Assembly (NCBI GenBank): GCA_964496275.1
Contig: CAZBYL010000003.1
Coordinates: 9,261-73,260, forward strand
Length of the DNA: 64,000 nucleotides
Origin: an uncultured Synergistaceae bacterium
GTDB taxonomy: Bacteria; Synergistota; Synergistia; Synergistales; Synergistaceae
Direction of reading: 5' to 3'
Shown piece after piece: positions 17,341-28,450 of this stretch (positions within the stretch are counted from its first letter, which is position 1; every line of letters starts with the position of its first letter). The notes below the pieces were generated by a model that did not search any database, had not been told where the DNA came from, and saw only the letters and a program-made list of their open reading frames with translations. A program made the position numbers and the translations under genes.

Positions 17341-18585
17341 TTACATGAACGCCTGTATAGCGGATATTATTGGCAGGAAGATGGCAAGTACCATAAATCC
17401 GACTATGATACCTACAAATATGACCATTACAGGCTCCAATATCGAGCTGAGTCTCTTTATTTTTTCCGATAGTTCCGACTCATACCAGTCCGCAACCTTC
17501 ACCATCATATCATCTGTACGTCCAGTCTCTTCTCCGACAGCTACCATGTGAGCGATCATAGGCGGGAACAGTTTTCTTTCTCGCATAATGGCGTGCATAG
17601 AGCCCCCCATAGATGCGGAATCCCTCATCAACAAAAATGCCTGCTTTATTTTTTCGTTTGACGCGACATCGGCAGACATTTCAAGCGCGGTTAGCACTGG
17701 GACGCCCGACGTAAGCAGCGAGGACATCGTTCTAAAAGAACGAGAGACTGAGGACTTGTACAGGATATCCCCAAAGATAGGCAGCTTAAGTACAAATGTA
17801 TCAATGTAAATTTTTAAAGACTTGACTCTGCGCAGGTATTTCACAGCAAAAAATACAATAAGAATCGTAATTGGCAATAGAGCCCAGTTCTCTTTTGCCC
17901 AATTTCCAAATCTGAATGTCATCTCAGTGAGAAGCGGCATTTTTACATTCATATTCTTAAACGCTTTCTCAAACTGAGGAATAACGACAGCAACCATTAC
18001 CCCAAGCACAAGAATGGCTATGGATATTACTGCCGTAGGGTAGGTAAGAGCCGATATGATTTTTTTGCGAAGTGCCTCTTGATCTTCCAGGAACCCGGCA
18101 AGCTTAGCCAAGCTACTGTCCAACGCACCAGACTCCTCTCCCGATTTTACAAGAGATGAGGTCAGTGTATCAAAAATTTTAGGGTGCTCGGCAAGAGCGG
18201 CACCGAGAGTAGTTCCTGAACTTACCCTTTCGTATACGGCAGAAATAACTCTCTTCAGGCGTTTGCTCTCCGTCTGCTCAACAAGTATCTGTATTGCTGA
18301 AGCAATCGGAACACCGGCCGATATCATTGTGGACAACTGTCTGAAAAATATCGATTTGTCTCTGAGTTTTATCCTTGGAGACAAATCAAAGAATTCCTCC
18401 CAGTTAGTATTTTTGCTTGCAACGGACTCACCTATCTGCAAAGCTACCTCGTGGCTTCTTTCTATATTTATGGGAACCCATCCGTGGTCTCGTATCCACG
18501 AGACCAACTCAGCCTCGTTATCGGCGGTTCTCGTTCCTGACATATTTTTACCGTTTGCCGCTTTGGCTTTATATTTAAAATCCAT
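17341..18585 (-). CDS. pilC: type IV pilus inner-membrane platform protein PilC (GspF family)
   Basis: Two T2SS-F repeats (...FFRQLSTMISAGVPI... and ...FRTMSSLLTSGVPV...). ATG 18585 (MDFKYKAKAANG...) is preferred over the track start at 18645. Confidence 0.9.
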   Translation of the reverse strand: MDFKYKAKAANGKNMSGTRTADNEAELVSWIRDHGWVPINIERSHEVALQIGESVASKNTNWEEFFDLSPRIKLRDKSIFFRQLSTMISAGVPIASAIQILVEQTESKRLKRVISAVYERVSSGTTLGAALAEHPKIFDTLTSSLVKSGEESGALDSSLAKLAGFLEDQEALRKKIISALTYPTAVISIAILVLGVMVAVVIPQFEKAFKNMNVKMPLLTEMTFRFGNWAKENWALLPITILIVFFAVKYLRRVKSLKIYIDTFVLKLPIFGDILYKSSVSRSFRTMSSLLTSGVPVLTALEMSADVASNEKIKQAFLLMRDSASMGGSMHAIMRERKLFPPMIAHMVAVGEETGRTDDMMVKVADWYESELSEKIKRLSSILEPVMVIFVGIIVGFMVLAIFLPIISAIQAFM

Positions 18586-18723
18586 TGAACACACCTGCCG
18601 TAGCCAAGTTATATTGCATACATTGTACATTAAACGCTGTTTCACGCAAGCAATTTTTTTCTTTCTGATAGTTTTACTTTTAGCGCGGCGGACCGAAAAA
18701 CGTGTTCAAGAAAAAGGAAGCAC

Positions 18724-18755
18724 GAAAAATGCGGAACCACAAAACGTGATCCCGC
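18724..18755 (-). terminator. Rho-independent terminator after the cooS-cooF-oxidoreductase operon
   Basis: Minus-strand RNA GCGGGAUCAC-GUUUU-GUGGUUCCGC forms a 10-bp stem including 2 G-U pairs, followed by AUUUUU. Confidence 0.6.
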
Positions 18756-18801
18756 ATAACGTGACTTGGTATATTAAGAAAATATTAAAAGTATTTTGAT
18801 T

Positions 18802-20022
18802 TTATATAACGTAAGTTCCGTCATTCGGATTATATTTATAATAATCCGAGAACTTTATATTGAATATAGACTTTGCCGTATCGGTAATGCTTATTTTGTT
18901 TTTTACGAGTTCCTGCCAGAATCCGCTGTTTGAGATATCACCCTGTATTATTACACCGGTAACAATGTCGCCTCTAACTATTATGCGTTCATACCCAAAC
19001 TTACTTTCTCGTGAATAAACCTCCTCACCCTCCAAGGGGAGAGCTGTTCCGAGAGAAAGCGTTTTAAGTCCGAAGAAGTTCATGGTGTTCTTAAGTCCAT
19101 ACCTGTTTTCGTATGGGGTCTTGATGCCGGCCATATTCTTCGCCGCTACAGCTCCCTGTTCAACAGCGTTCGGCCATATCCCGGTTATCCCCGCGACATC
19201 ACCCGCAGCCCAGACATTGGGAACATTTGTCTTCATGAAGCAGTCAACACAAACAGACTTATTGACATCTATTCCGCTGTCGGCAAGAAAATCCACGACA
19301 GGGCGCACGCCCGCCGCCATTACAACGAAATCACACATAAGCTCCGTTCCTCCGGCAAGTAATACCGATGTAATATTACCAAGCTCATCGCTCTTTGTAC
19401 CGGAGGCTTTTTCACTTAGGTAAAATTTGCAGCCTGCCTGCTCAAACAACTTCTGGTACTCGTATGCAGCTGTGTAGTCCAATTGCAGCGGGGAAATCCT
19501 GTCTGCCATTTCTACAATGCTGCACTCTATTCCTCTTTCTGTAAGAGCGTACGCTGCATCCAGCCCGACCAGCCCGGAACCTACTATCACACACCTTGTG
19601 CTGCCCTGTATTTTTTGGGTTATTTTTTCTGCATCGTAAACATCACGCAGTCCCAAAACATTTGGCGCCGTTCTAAGATCCCCGATTGGCGGCACTATAT
19701 ATTGCGCTCCGCTTGCAATCAGCAACTTGTCGTAGGGTACTGTTCTTCCGTCATCAAGAATCACTTCGTTATTATCCGTGAAGACTTTTACAGCTTTATG
19801 TCCACTTATCCAGTTAATGTTGTACTTATCAAAGAAATCGGCTCCGGAGAAATTTATCTCCTCCATCGTCTTGTGACCGCCTATAAAGTGGTGAAGCATG
19901 CATCTGGAGTGTACTTCCGTATCGGCGGACAGAATTGTAATGTCTGATGCTTTATCGAGCGTCCTGAGTGTCTTTGCGGCGCTTATTCCGGCAGCAGAGG
20001 CGCCTATAATAAGGTATTTCAT
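18802..20022 (-). CDS. FAD-dependent pyridine nucleotide-disulfide oxidoreductase (CODH-associated FAD/NAD(P) oxidoreductase type)
   Basis: 406 aa with two Rossmann motifs (IIGASAAG, VGSGLVGLD) and GDVA. ATGA-coupled to cooF. Confidence 0.8.
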   Translation of the reverse strand: MKYLIIGASAAGISAAKTLRTLDKASDITILSADTEVHSRCMLHHFIGGHKTMEEINFSGADFFDKYNINWISGHKAVKVFTDNNEVILDDGRTVPYDKLLIASGAQYIVPPIGDLRTAPNVLGLRDVYDAEKITQKIQGSTRCVIVGSGLVGLDAAYALTERGIECSIVEMADRISPLQLDYTAAYEYQKLFEQAGCKFYLSEKASGTKSDELGNITSVLLAGGTELMCDFVVMAAGVRPVVDFLADSGIDVNKSVCVDCFMKTNVPNVWAAGDVAGITGIWPNAVEQGAVAAKNMAGIKTPYENRYGLKNTMNFFGLKTLSLGTALPLEGEEVYSRESKFGYERIIVRGDIVTGVIIQGDISNSGFWQELVKNKISITDTAKSIFNIKFSDYYKYNPNDGTYVI

Positions 20023-20474
20023 TGCTCCACCTCCTCAACCCATATCGCCTTCTTAGGGCAGGCTTTTACGCAGCTCGGATCTCCGCCCTTGTCAGCACAA
20101 AAATCACACTTCACAACCTTTGTACCGGTAAGACGGTCCGGCTTCGGCAGTCCGTACGGGCAATTCATAACGCACATGAAGCAATTTCCGCACTTGGATT
20201 CGTCATACAATACATGGCCGCTTTCTTCGTCTTTTTGAAGAGCGCCGCTCATGCAGCTGCCGGCACACATAGGTTCCGCGCAGTGTCTGCAAAATATCGG
20301 ACGGTATTTGCCGTCTTGCGTCTTGTATATGAAGTTTCGCGTCTCATTTGCGGGGTCGGTGAGATCCACAGTGTAGACATCCGACTTTCCGTCTTTGCGG
20401 TGAGCATCCATACATGCCACGGAGCAGTTCTTACATCCGTCGCATTTGTCTGCGTCAATAAGAATCCGTTTCAT
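20019..20474 (-). CDS. cooF: 4Fe-4S dicluster ferredoxin-like protein CooF
   Basis: 151 aa with multiple CxxCxxCxxxC-type motifs (CDGCKNCSVAC, CRHCAEPMC, CGNCFMCVMNC, CDFCAD...C). Lies directly downstream of cooS. Confidence 0.8.
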   Translation of the reverse strand: MKRILIDADKCDGCKNCSVACMDAHRKDGKSDVYTVDLTDPANETRNFIYKTQDGKYRPIFCRHCAEPMCAGSCMSGALQKDEESGHVLYDESKCGNCFMCVMNCPYGLPKPDRLTGTKVVKCDFCADKGGDPSCVKACPKKAIWVEEVEQ

Positions 20475-20492
20475 TGTCCCGCTCCCCCTTCA

Positions 20493-22376
20493 CTATATTT
20501 TAAGCGCGGCGCGTTTTTCCATAATAATTTTTTCGAGTTTATCCGCGGCGGAAACAGCATCAGGGTCTATAACAACCTGACCTCCGGTCAAAGCCTTCAT
20601 GTCTTCTGTAAGCACTTTGGTTACAAGAGCGCTCCCCGTTATAAACGGGGGCTCTCCGAGGTGCAGAGGCAATCCAAGCGCAAGCCCGAATGCACCGTCC
20701 GCAAGAGCCTGCTCCTCAAGCCACTGCGGCGCGGACAGAACCAACGGAAGCTGCGGCAAGTCTATGCCGATTGCTTCCGCAAGTTCGGTCGCCACTATCT
20801 CTAATCTTCCTATGGCAAGGCAGGGGCCAAAGTTCAATACCGGCGGTATCCCGAGTGCCTTGCAAACTTCTTTAAGTGCGGGGCCTGCAAGTTCGGCTGC
20901 TTCCGGTGTCATAAGCCCGCAGTTTTCAAGACCGCCCGATGAGCATCCGGCGGAGAGAACAATAATGTCTTTTTTGATAAGCTCCTTGGTGAGCTCCACT
21001 GTAAGCACGTCATGCCCGCCGAAGGTTAGGTTTGAACATCCTACAACGCCCGCGACTCCCTTTATTTTTCCGGAAACGATGAGATCAATCAAAGGCTTCC
21101 AATTACCGCCGAGGAAATTTTTCAGCGATACTTCCGAAACGCCTGTAATCGTATTTTTGTTGCCATGCTGCGGAAGAAAATTCAGACATATTTTAGGGCG
21201 GCGATTCTCATAGGAAGTGATAATTTCGTCTATAATTGCATTGCTGTCCTCAACTCTGGTGGCAAAAACAAACGGACGGTATTCGGCATTCGCTTTTTTT
21301 GCTACGTCATCAAGGCATATCTGCTTTATCATAAGCTCATCGCATATAGGCTCAATTCCCGGAAGCGTGCAGTTAAACTCGGACAGTACCGCATCTATGG
21401 CTCCTGTTGCAAGAACTGCCTCGGACGTGTAATTGTTTCCCGCATGCCCGGTAAAAATCTCGGTGTAATGGGCGCCGCGAAGCTGTAAATCCTGCCCTAC
21501 ACACGTGCATCCAACAAGCCTGAACCCCTTTGCTCCGACAGCTTTTGCCTTTTCTACGACATCCGGCTCTGTAAGTCTGTCCTGTAAATATGAGAATGTG
21601 GAGTGTTGGTGTCCCGTTATCATGATGTTAATATAATCGGGATCAATTACGCCGAGCCCGACGGGAGCGGGTCTTATTTCCGGCTCGCCAAGCATAACAT
21701 CGTTCAAAAGATTCGTAAGAGTAAGACCATATATGCCGGTGGATATACCGAGTTTGAGACATGTCAGCAGCATATCGACAGGGTCGGAATTCAGGTTTGT
21801 AGAACACTTGACCACACCCTTTACGATTTCCGCATTTGCGCCTCCGGGCAGGATATTCAGCTCCTGCCATTTTTTGAAGCGTGGTGCGTACGCCATCTTT
21901 TCTGTAAGTTTCATCTTTTCATATTCAGGTCTGTAGATATCATCAAGCACGGCCTGAGCAACAGCAAGAGCCTTTTCATACTTGTCGCCGCCGCTTACGC
22001 GGAAGAGGGAACACAACCTTTCAAGAGTCTCCTCACCTTTTATAACACCACGTGCCAAAGCGGTATTTTTCAGATTTAAGGCAGTGTTTTCAACAACATG
22101 GATATAACACCCCGAACCCGACGCGACTGCACGCAGAAAATTGCGGGCGACTATAACGTCTGCTGTCGCTCCGCAAATACCCTTGAGGGAATCCGGCGTT
22201 ATCCTGCATGGCCCGTTGGAACAGAGACGACAGCACACACCCTGAAGACCGAAGCCGCATTTCACAGACTGGCCTTCCACACGGTGGTGAGAAGTCTGCA
22301 TGGGTAAAGAGCGTATGTAACTTTCAAGAGGTTTATCCGCACTGCTGCATGTGTTGCATCCGAAGCACTGATTCAT
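20493..22376 (-). CDS. cooS: anaerobic Ni-dependent carbon monoxide dehydrogenase catalytic subunit
   Basis: N-terminal Cys pattern CGFGLQGVCCRLCSNGPCR, ...GHQHS..., ...GCTCVG..., ...VVGCSN... are CooS/Prismane family hallmarks. ATG 22376 is 10 nt after GAGAGGA; the track start at 22385 is a TTG next to the RBS. Confidence 0.9.
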   Translation of the reverse strand: MNQCFGCNTCSSADKPLESYIRSLPMQTSHHRVEGQSVKCGFGLQGVCCRLCSNGPCRITPDSLKGICGATADVIVARNFLRAVASGSGCYIHVVENTALNLKNTALARGVIKGEETLERLCSLFRVSGGDKYEKALAVAQAVLDDIYRPEYEKMKLTEKMAYAPRFKKWQELNILPGGANAEIVKGVVKCSTNLNSDPVDMLLTCLKLGISTGIYGLTLTNLLNDVMLGEPEIRPAPVGLGVIDPDYINIMITGHQHSTFSYLQDRLTEPDVVEKAKAVGAKGFRLVGCTCVGQDLQLRGAHYTEIFTGHAGNNYTSEAVLATGAIDAVLSEFNCTLPGIEPICDELMIKQICLDDVAKKANAEYRPFVFATRVEDSNAIIDEIITSYENRRPKICLNFLPQHGNKNTITGVSEVSLKNFLGGNWKPLIDLIVSGKIKGVAGVVGCSNLTFGGHDVLTVELTKELIKKDIIVLSAGCSSGGLENCGLMTPEAAELAGPALKEVCKALGIPPVLNFGPCLAIGRLEIVATELAEAIGIDLPQLPLVLSAPQWLEEQALADGAFGLALGLPLHLGEPPFITGSALVTKVLTEDMKALTGGQVVIDPDAVSAADKLEKIIMEKRAALKI

Positions 22377-22426
22377 AAGTATCAAATCCTCTCTTATTTA
22401 GATAAATTTAGTCCAGTTTTAAGTTA

Positions 22427-22457
22427 TAAAAAAACGCATAGCCAAAAAGCAATGCGC
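22427..22457 (-). terminator. weak hairpin plus U-run between rrf2 and cooS (possible leaky terminator/attenuator)
   Basis: Minus-strand GCGCAU-(12-nt loop)-AUGCGU followed by U7. The stem is short (6 bp including one G-U), so this is tentative. Confidence 0.3.
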
Positions 22458-22467
22458 TACAACCAAG

Positions 22468-22881
22468 TTAATCTTCCTGTTCACACAGTAAATCTTTAAT
22501 AAAAATATTCTTCAATTCATCATCTATAGAGCTTTGTAAATTGCAGAGATGGTCATGGACAGTACACCGATTTCCGTGTCCATGTCTCCACGTGCACTTG
22601 TGAGTAGGCGAAACACAGGAAGATATTATCCTGTCCTCCCCCATAACGCCGAAAACATCATACAAAGAAATCTTAGCCAAGTCACCCACAAGCTGACAGC
22701 CGCCCATAACGCCTCTCTGTATCGCTAACATATTTGCTTTTTCCAACTTCTTGACAATCTTGTACGCAAAATGGCATGGAATAAACTCCGTCTCACTCAT
22801 CTTTTGTACACTATGCAGCTCACCGTCGGCAAGGGCTCTGAGTACCCTTATCGCATAATCAATTTCTCTGGTTATTATCAT
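22468..22881 (-). CDS. Rrf2 family transcriptional regulator with Cys/His-rich C-terminal region
   Basis: 137 aa with GAGGAGG RBS. N-terminal winged helix (REIDYAIRVLRALADG...). C89-x6-C96-x9-C106-x6-C113 with five interspersed His residues. Confidence 0.85.
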   Translation of the reverse strand: MIITREIDYAIRVLRALADGELHSVQKMSETEFIPCHFAYKIVKKLEKANMLAIQRGVMGGCQLVGDLAKISLYDVFGVMGEDRIISSCVSPTHKCTWRHGHGNRCTVHDHLCNLQSSIDDELKNIFIKDLLCEQED

Positions 22882-22923
22882 AACCTTGTCCTCCTCACAA
22901 CGAGAGCCTACTCTTTGTGGACC

Positions 22924-22952
22924 ATTATAGTCATATATAGCCCGTTTGACCA
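22924..22952 (-). promoter_or_regulatory. candidate sigma-70 promoter of rrf2(-cooS)
   Basis: On the minus strand, TGGTCA (22952-22947), a 17-nt spacer, then TATAAT (22929-22924), about 40 nt upstream of the rrf2 ATG. Confidence 0.35.
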
Positions 22953-23007
22953 GAGCAGCAAAAAAATAAATTTAATGTTATGTAAAACGCGCAAATCAAA
23001 TACAAGC

Positions 23008-23063
23008 ATATTGCATGAATTGGAAATCATATTGAATTTGTTTACTATTTAACCATGCAATAT
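23008..23063. repeat. 10-bp inverted repeat pair ATATTGCATG / CATGCAATAT with a related third copy
   Basis: The two arms are at 23008-23017 and 23054-23063, separated by 36 nt. A related CATATTGAAT lies at 23028-23037. All are in the AT-rich spacer upstream of rrf2. Confidence 0.5.
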
Positions 23064-23164
23064 AAAATCAATACAATAATAAGTTTTTTACACCAAATAT
23101 TGCTTTACGTCAACTCGAATTACCTGAGAATGCAGACAGAAATTCTACGTATATGTAATTTTGT

Positions 23165-23182
23165 CAATGTTTCAAAACATTG
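23165..23182. repeat. perfect 18-bp palindrome CAATGTTTCAAAACATTG (candidate operator)
   Basis: CAATGTTT and AAACATTG are exact reverse complements separated by 2 nt. Confidence 0.5.
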
Positions 23183-23337
23183 TGCCGGAGTTCGCTATGG
23201 TGATTTCCATTGTCTTCAAGTATCGACGGTACTGATAAGTTTTAGATGAAAAAGCGAGGGGCGTGCTGATATGCGATACCCTGCTACTGAACGGAAAAAA
23301 AGGACGCTCCCCTTCACCACCCCAAATTGCACACAGA

Positions 23338-23373
23338 AATAAAAAATGGGCTCAGCCGTAATTGGCTGAACCC
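23338..23373 (-). terminator. Rho-independent terminator downstream of tRNA-Pro
   Basis: Minus-strand GGGUUCAGCC-AAUUAC-GGCUGAGCCC forms a 10-bp stem with one G-U, followed by A-UUUUUU-AUUU. Confidence 0.75.
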
Positions 23374-23383
23374 TTGTTATCAG

Positions 23384-23461
23384 TGGTCGGGGCGAGAAGA
23401 ATTGAACTTCCGACCTCCTGGTCCCGAACCAGGCACGCTAACCAGACTGCGCTACGCCCCG
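23384..23461 (-). tRNA. tRNA-Pro (anticodon CGG), CCA encoded
   Basis: Hand-folded minus strand CGGGGCG-TA-GCGC-AGTCTGGTTA-GCGT-G-CCTGG-TTCGGGA-CCAGG-AGGTC-GGAAG-TTCAATT-CTTCT-CGCCCCG-A-CCA. This is a 78-nt cloverleaf with a 7-bp acceptor stem and anticodon loop TTCGGGA. Confidence 0.9.
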
Positions 23462-23498
23462 AAAGCGTTGTGAATTATAGCATCGGAAACGGATCTCG

Positions 23499-26414
<2,916 letters not shown>

Positions 26415-26428
26415 CGTTATATCTCCTC

Positions 26429-26453
26429 AAAAAAGGGCGGGCAAAGCCCGCCC
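26429..26453 (-). terminator. Rho-independent terminator after metG, abutting the tatD RBS
   Basis: Minus-strand GGGCGGGC-UUU-GCCCGCCC (8-bp GC stem) followed by UUUUUU. The U-run leads directly into GAGGAG, the tatD Shine-Dalgarno. Confidence 0.75.
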
Positions 26454-26491
26454 TTGCAATAAGATGCTATATGTATTTGCAGCGGCTTTTA

Positions 26492-28450
26492 TTAGCTGAT
26501 TCTGCTGCCGACTGGAATGGAGTCGTCCAACACCGTAAGCAGTGTGAGTATTTCCTGACGCGTTTCAGGGCTTTCCGCAGCCAAGAGCATTCCGTTGCTC
26601 TGTACGCCGCGGAATTTGGCCGGTTTCAGGTTTACCAGTACGATTATCTTCTTTCCCTCAAGATCTTCCGGCTTGTAAAACTCTCTGATACTTGAGACTA
26701 TCACACGTTTTTCATACCCGAGGTCGAGGTTCAGTATGTATAGTTTGTCTGCCTTGGGTACAACCTCGATTTTTTCTACAAGCGCCACACGGAGGTCAAG
26801 CTTGGAAAAATCGTCATACTCTATCTGCGGCTTGGGTTCAAGATATTTAAAGAAGGCCTGTGGGTCTGCTTTTGAGCGCTTCTCCATGTCTCTCGCTTCT
26901 TTTTCAATTTTCCATTTTTCGACATCTATGCGCGGGAAGAGTATGTCACCTTTGTTGATGACAACAGGAGCATCGAGTTTTCCCCATGCCCACTTGTCGC
27001 GTCCGCCGTCAAGCGGATTGCCGGAAAGTCCGAGCTGTCCCCATATGCGTTCGGCAGTATCTGGCATAAAAGGCGCAATCAATATAGCCGACAGTCTGAG
27101 TGACTCCCAAAGAGTTCTCAGCACAGCGTCAAGTCTCTCCGTTTCACCCTCTTTGCCCAGTTTCCACGGCTGTGTTTCATCAATATACTTATTTGACCTG
27201 CTGATGAACGCCCACAATGTTTTAAGAGCATCGTCAAAAGCAAAACGGTCCATAAGTTCTGTCATATCTGCGACAGTTTTGTCGGCCATATTCTCTATTT
27301 CTTTATCAAGCTCGGTAGCCGTGTAGCTCATCGGCAGTTTGTTATCGCGGAATTTGCCGATCATCTGTAAGCTTCTCGAAAGCAGGTTGCCCAGGTCATT
27401 TGCAAGGTCCGAATTTATGCGCTGCACAAGAGCCAGCTCGGAGAAGTCTCCGTCGTGACCAAACGGGACTTCGCGAAGGACAAAGTAGCGGAATGCGTCA
27501 ACGCCATACAGTTCCGCCATTTCGAATGGGTCAACGACATTGCCGACAGACTTTGACATTTTCTCGCCTTCAACAGTCCACCATCCGTGAGCAAAGACAC
27601 GAACAGGCGGATTAACTCCGAGTGCCATGAGCATTGCCGGCCAGATTACACAGTGGAATCGAATTATATCTTTGCCGACAAGGTGACGCACGGACGGCCA
27701 ATATGTCTGCCAAAGTCCGCCCTCCTCGGGGAAATTCATCGCCGACAGGTAGTTGATAAGCGCATCAAACCAGACATATATAACGTGTTTGTCGTCGCCC
27801 GGAAGCGGAATTCCCCACTTGAGGGTCGTACGCGAAACGGATTGGTCACGAAGCCCGCTTTTTATAAAGCTGACTATCTCGTTGTAACGTGACTTCGGCA
27901 TTATCGCATCGGGATGCTCTTCATAAAACTTAAGAAGCGGTTCCGTATATTTTGACAGTTTGAAGAAATATGTCTCCTCCGTCATTTTTGTAAGGGGGCG
28001 GTGACAGTCGGGGCAGGTCTGCCCTGCTCCCATTTGAGCCTCCGGTACGTACGTTTCACACGGAACACAGTACCAACCTTCGTATTCGCCTTTGTAGATG
28101 TCTCCCTGCGCTATCAGACGGCGAAAAACTTCCTGGACAACCTTTTCATGACGAGCATCGGTCGTACGGATGAAATCATCATTGTTGATGTTCAGTACGC
28201 CCCAGAGCTTGATAAAGTTTTCGACGACTTCATCGCAAAGCTGCTTCGGCGTAATTCCTTTTCCGTCGGCTACAGTCTGAATCTTCTGGCCATGTTCGTC
28301 CGTTCCCGTAAGAAACCACGCTTTTTCTCCGCCGGATTTATGCCAACGAGCAAGCACGTCCGCCGCAATCGTTGTGTAGGCATGTCCTATGTGAGGGACA
28401 TCGTTGACATAGTAAATAGGCGTAGTGATATAGAAATTTTCTTTCTCCAT
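26492..28450 (-). CDS. metG: methionine--tRNA ligase (with C-terminal tRNA-binding EMAP-like domain)
   Basis: 652 aa with HIGH motif (PHIGHAYT), KMSKS and the zinc knuckle CVPCETY...CPDC. Confidence 0.95.
   Translation of the reverse strand: MEKENFYITTPIYYVNDVPHIGHAYTTIAADVLARWHKSGGEKAWFLTGTDEHGQKIQTVADGKGITPKQLCDEVVENFIKLWGVLNINNDDFIRTTDARHEKVVQEVFRRLIAQGDIYKGEYEGWYCVPCETYVPEAQMGAGQTCPDCHRPLTKMTEETYFFKLSKYTEPLLKFYEEHPDAIMPKSRYNEIVSFIKSGLRDQSVSRTTLKWGIPLPGDDKHVIYVWFDALINYLSAMNFPEEGGLWQTYWPSVRHLVGKDIIRFHCVIWPAMLMALGVNPPVRVFAHGWWTVEGEKMSKSVGNVVDPFEMAELYGVDAFRYFVLREVPFGHDGDFSELALVQRINSDLANDLGNLLSRSLQMIGKFRDNKLPMSYTATELDKEIENMADKTVADMTELMDRFAFDDALKTLWAFISRSNKYIDETQPWKLGKEGETERLDAVLRTLWESLRLSAILIAPFMPDTAERIWGQLGLSGNPLDGGRDKWAWGKLDAPVVINKGDILFPRIDVEKWKIEKEARDMEKRSKADPQAFFKYLEPKPQIEYDDFSKLDLRVALVEKIEVVPKADKLYILNLDLGYEKRVIVSSIREFYKPEDLEGKKIIVLVNLKPAKFRGVQSNGMLLAAESPETRQEILTLLTVLDDSIPVGSRIS

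Noticed and set aside
20022-20804. A 260-aa plus-strand ORF
   Set aside because: It is antisense to cooF and the 3' end of cooS, has low-complexity composition and no start context. It is a shadow ORF.
22961-22988. A dif-like XerD half-site, TTATGTAAAAC, matching 9 of 11 positions of the Firmicute dif arm as I remember it
   Set aside because: The position where the XerC arm should lie is AAAAAATAAAT, with no inverted-repeat relationship to the other arm. Gene orientation does not switch here, as would be expected at a terminus.
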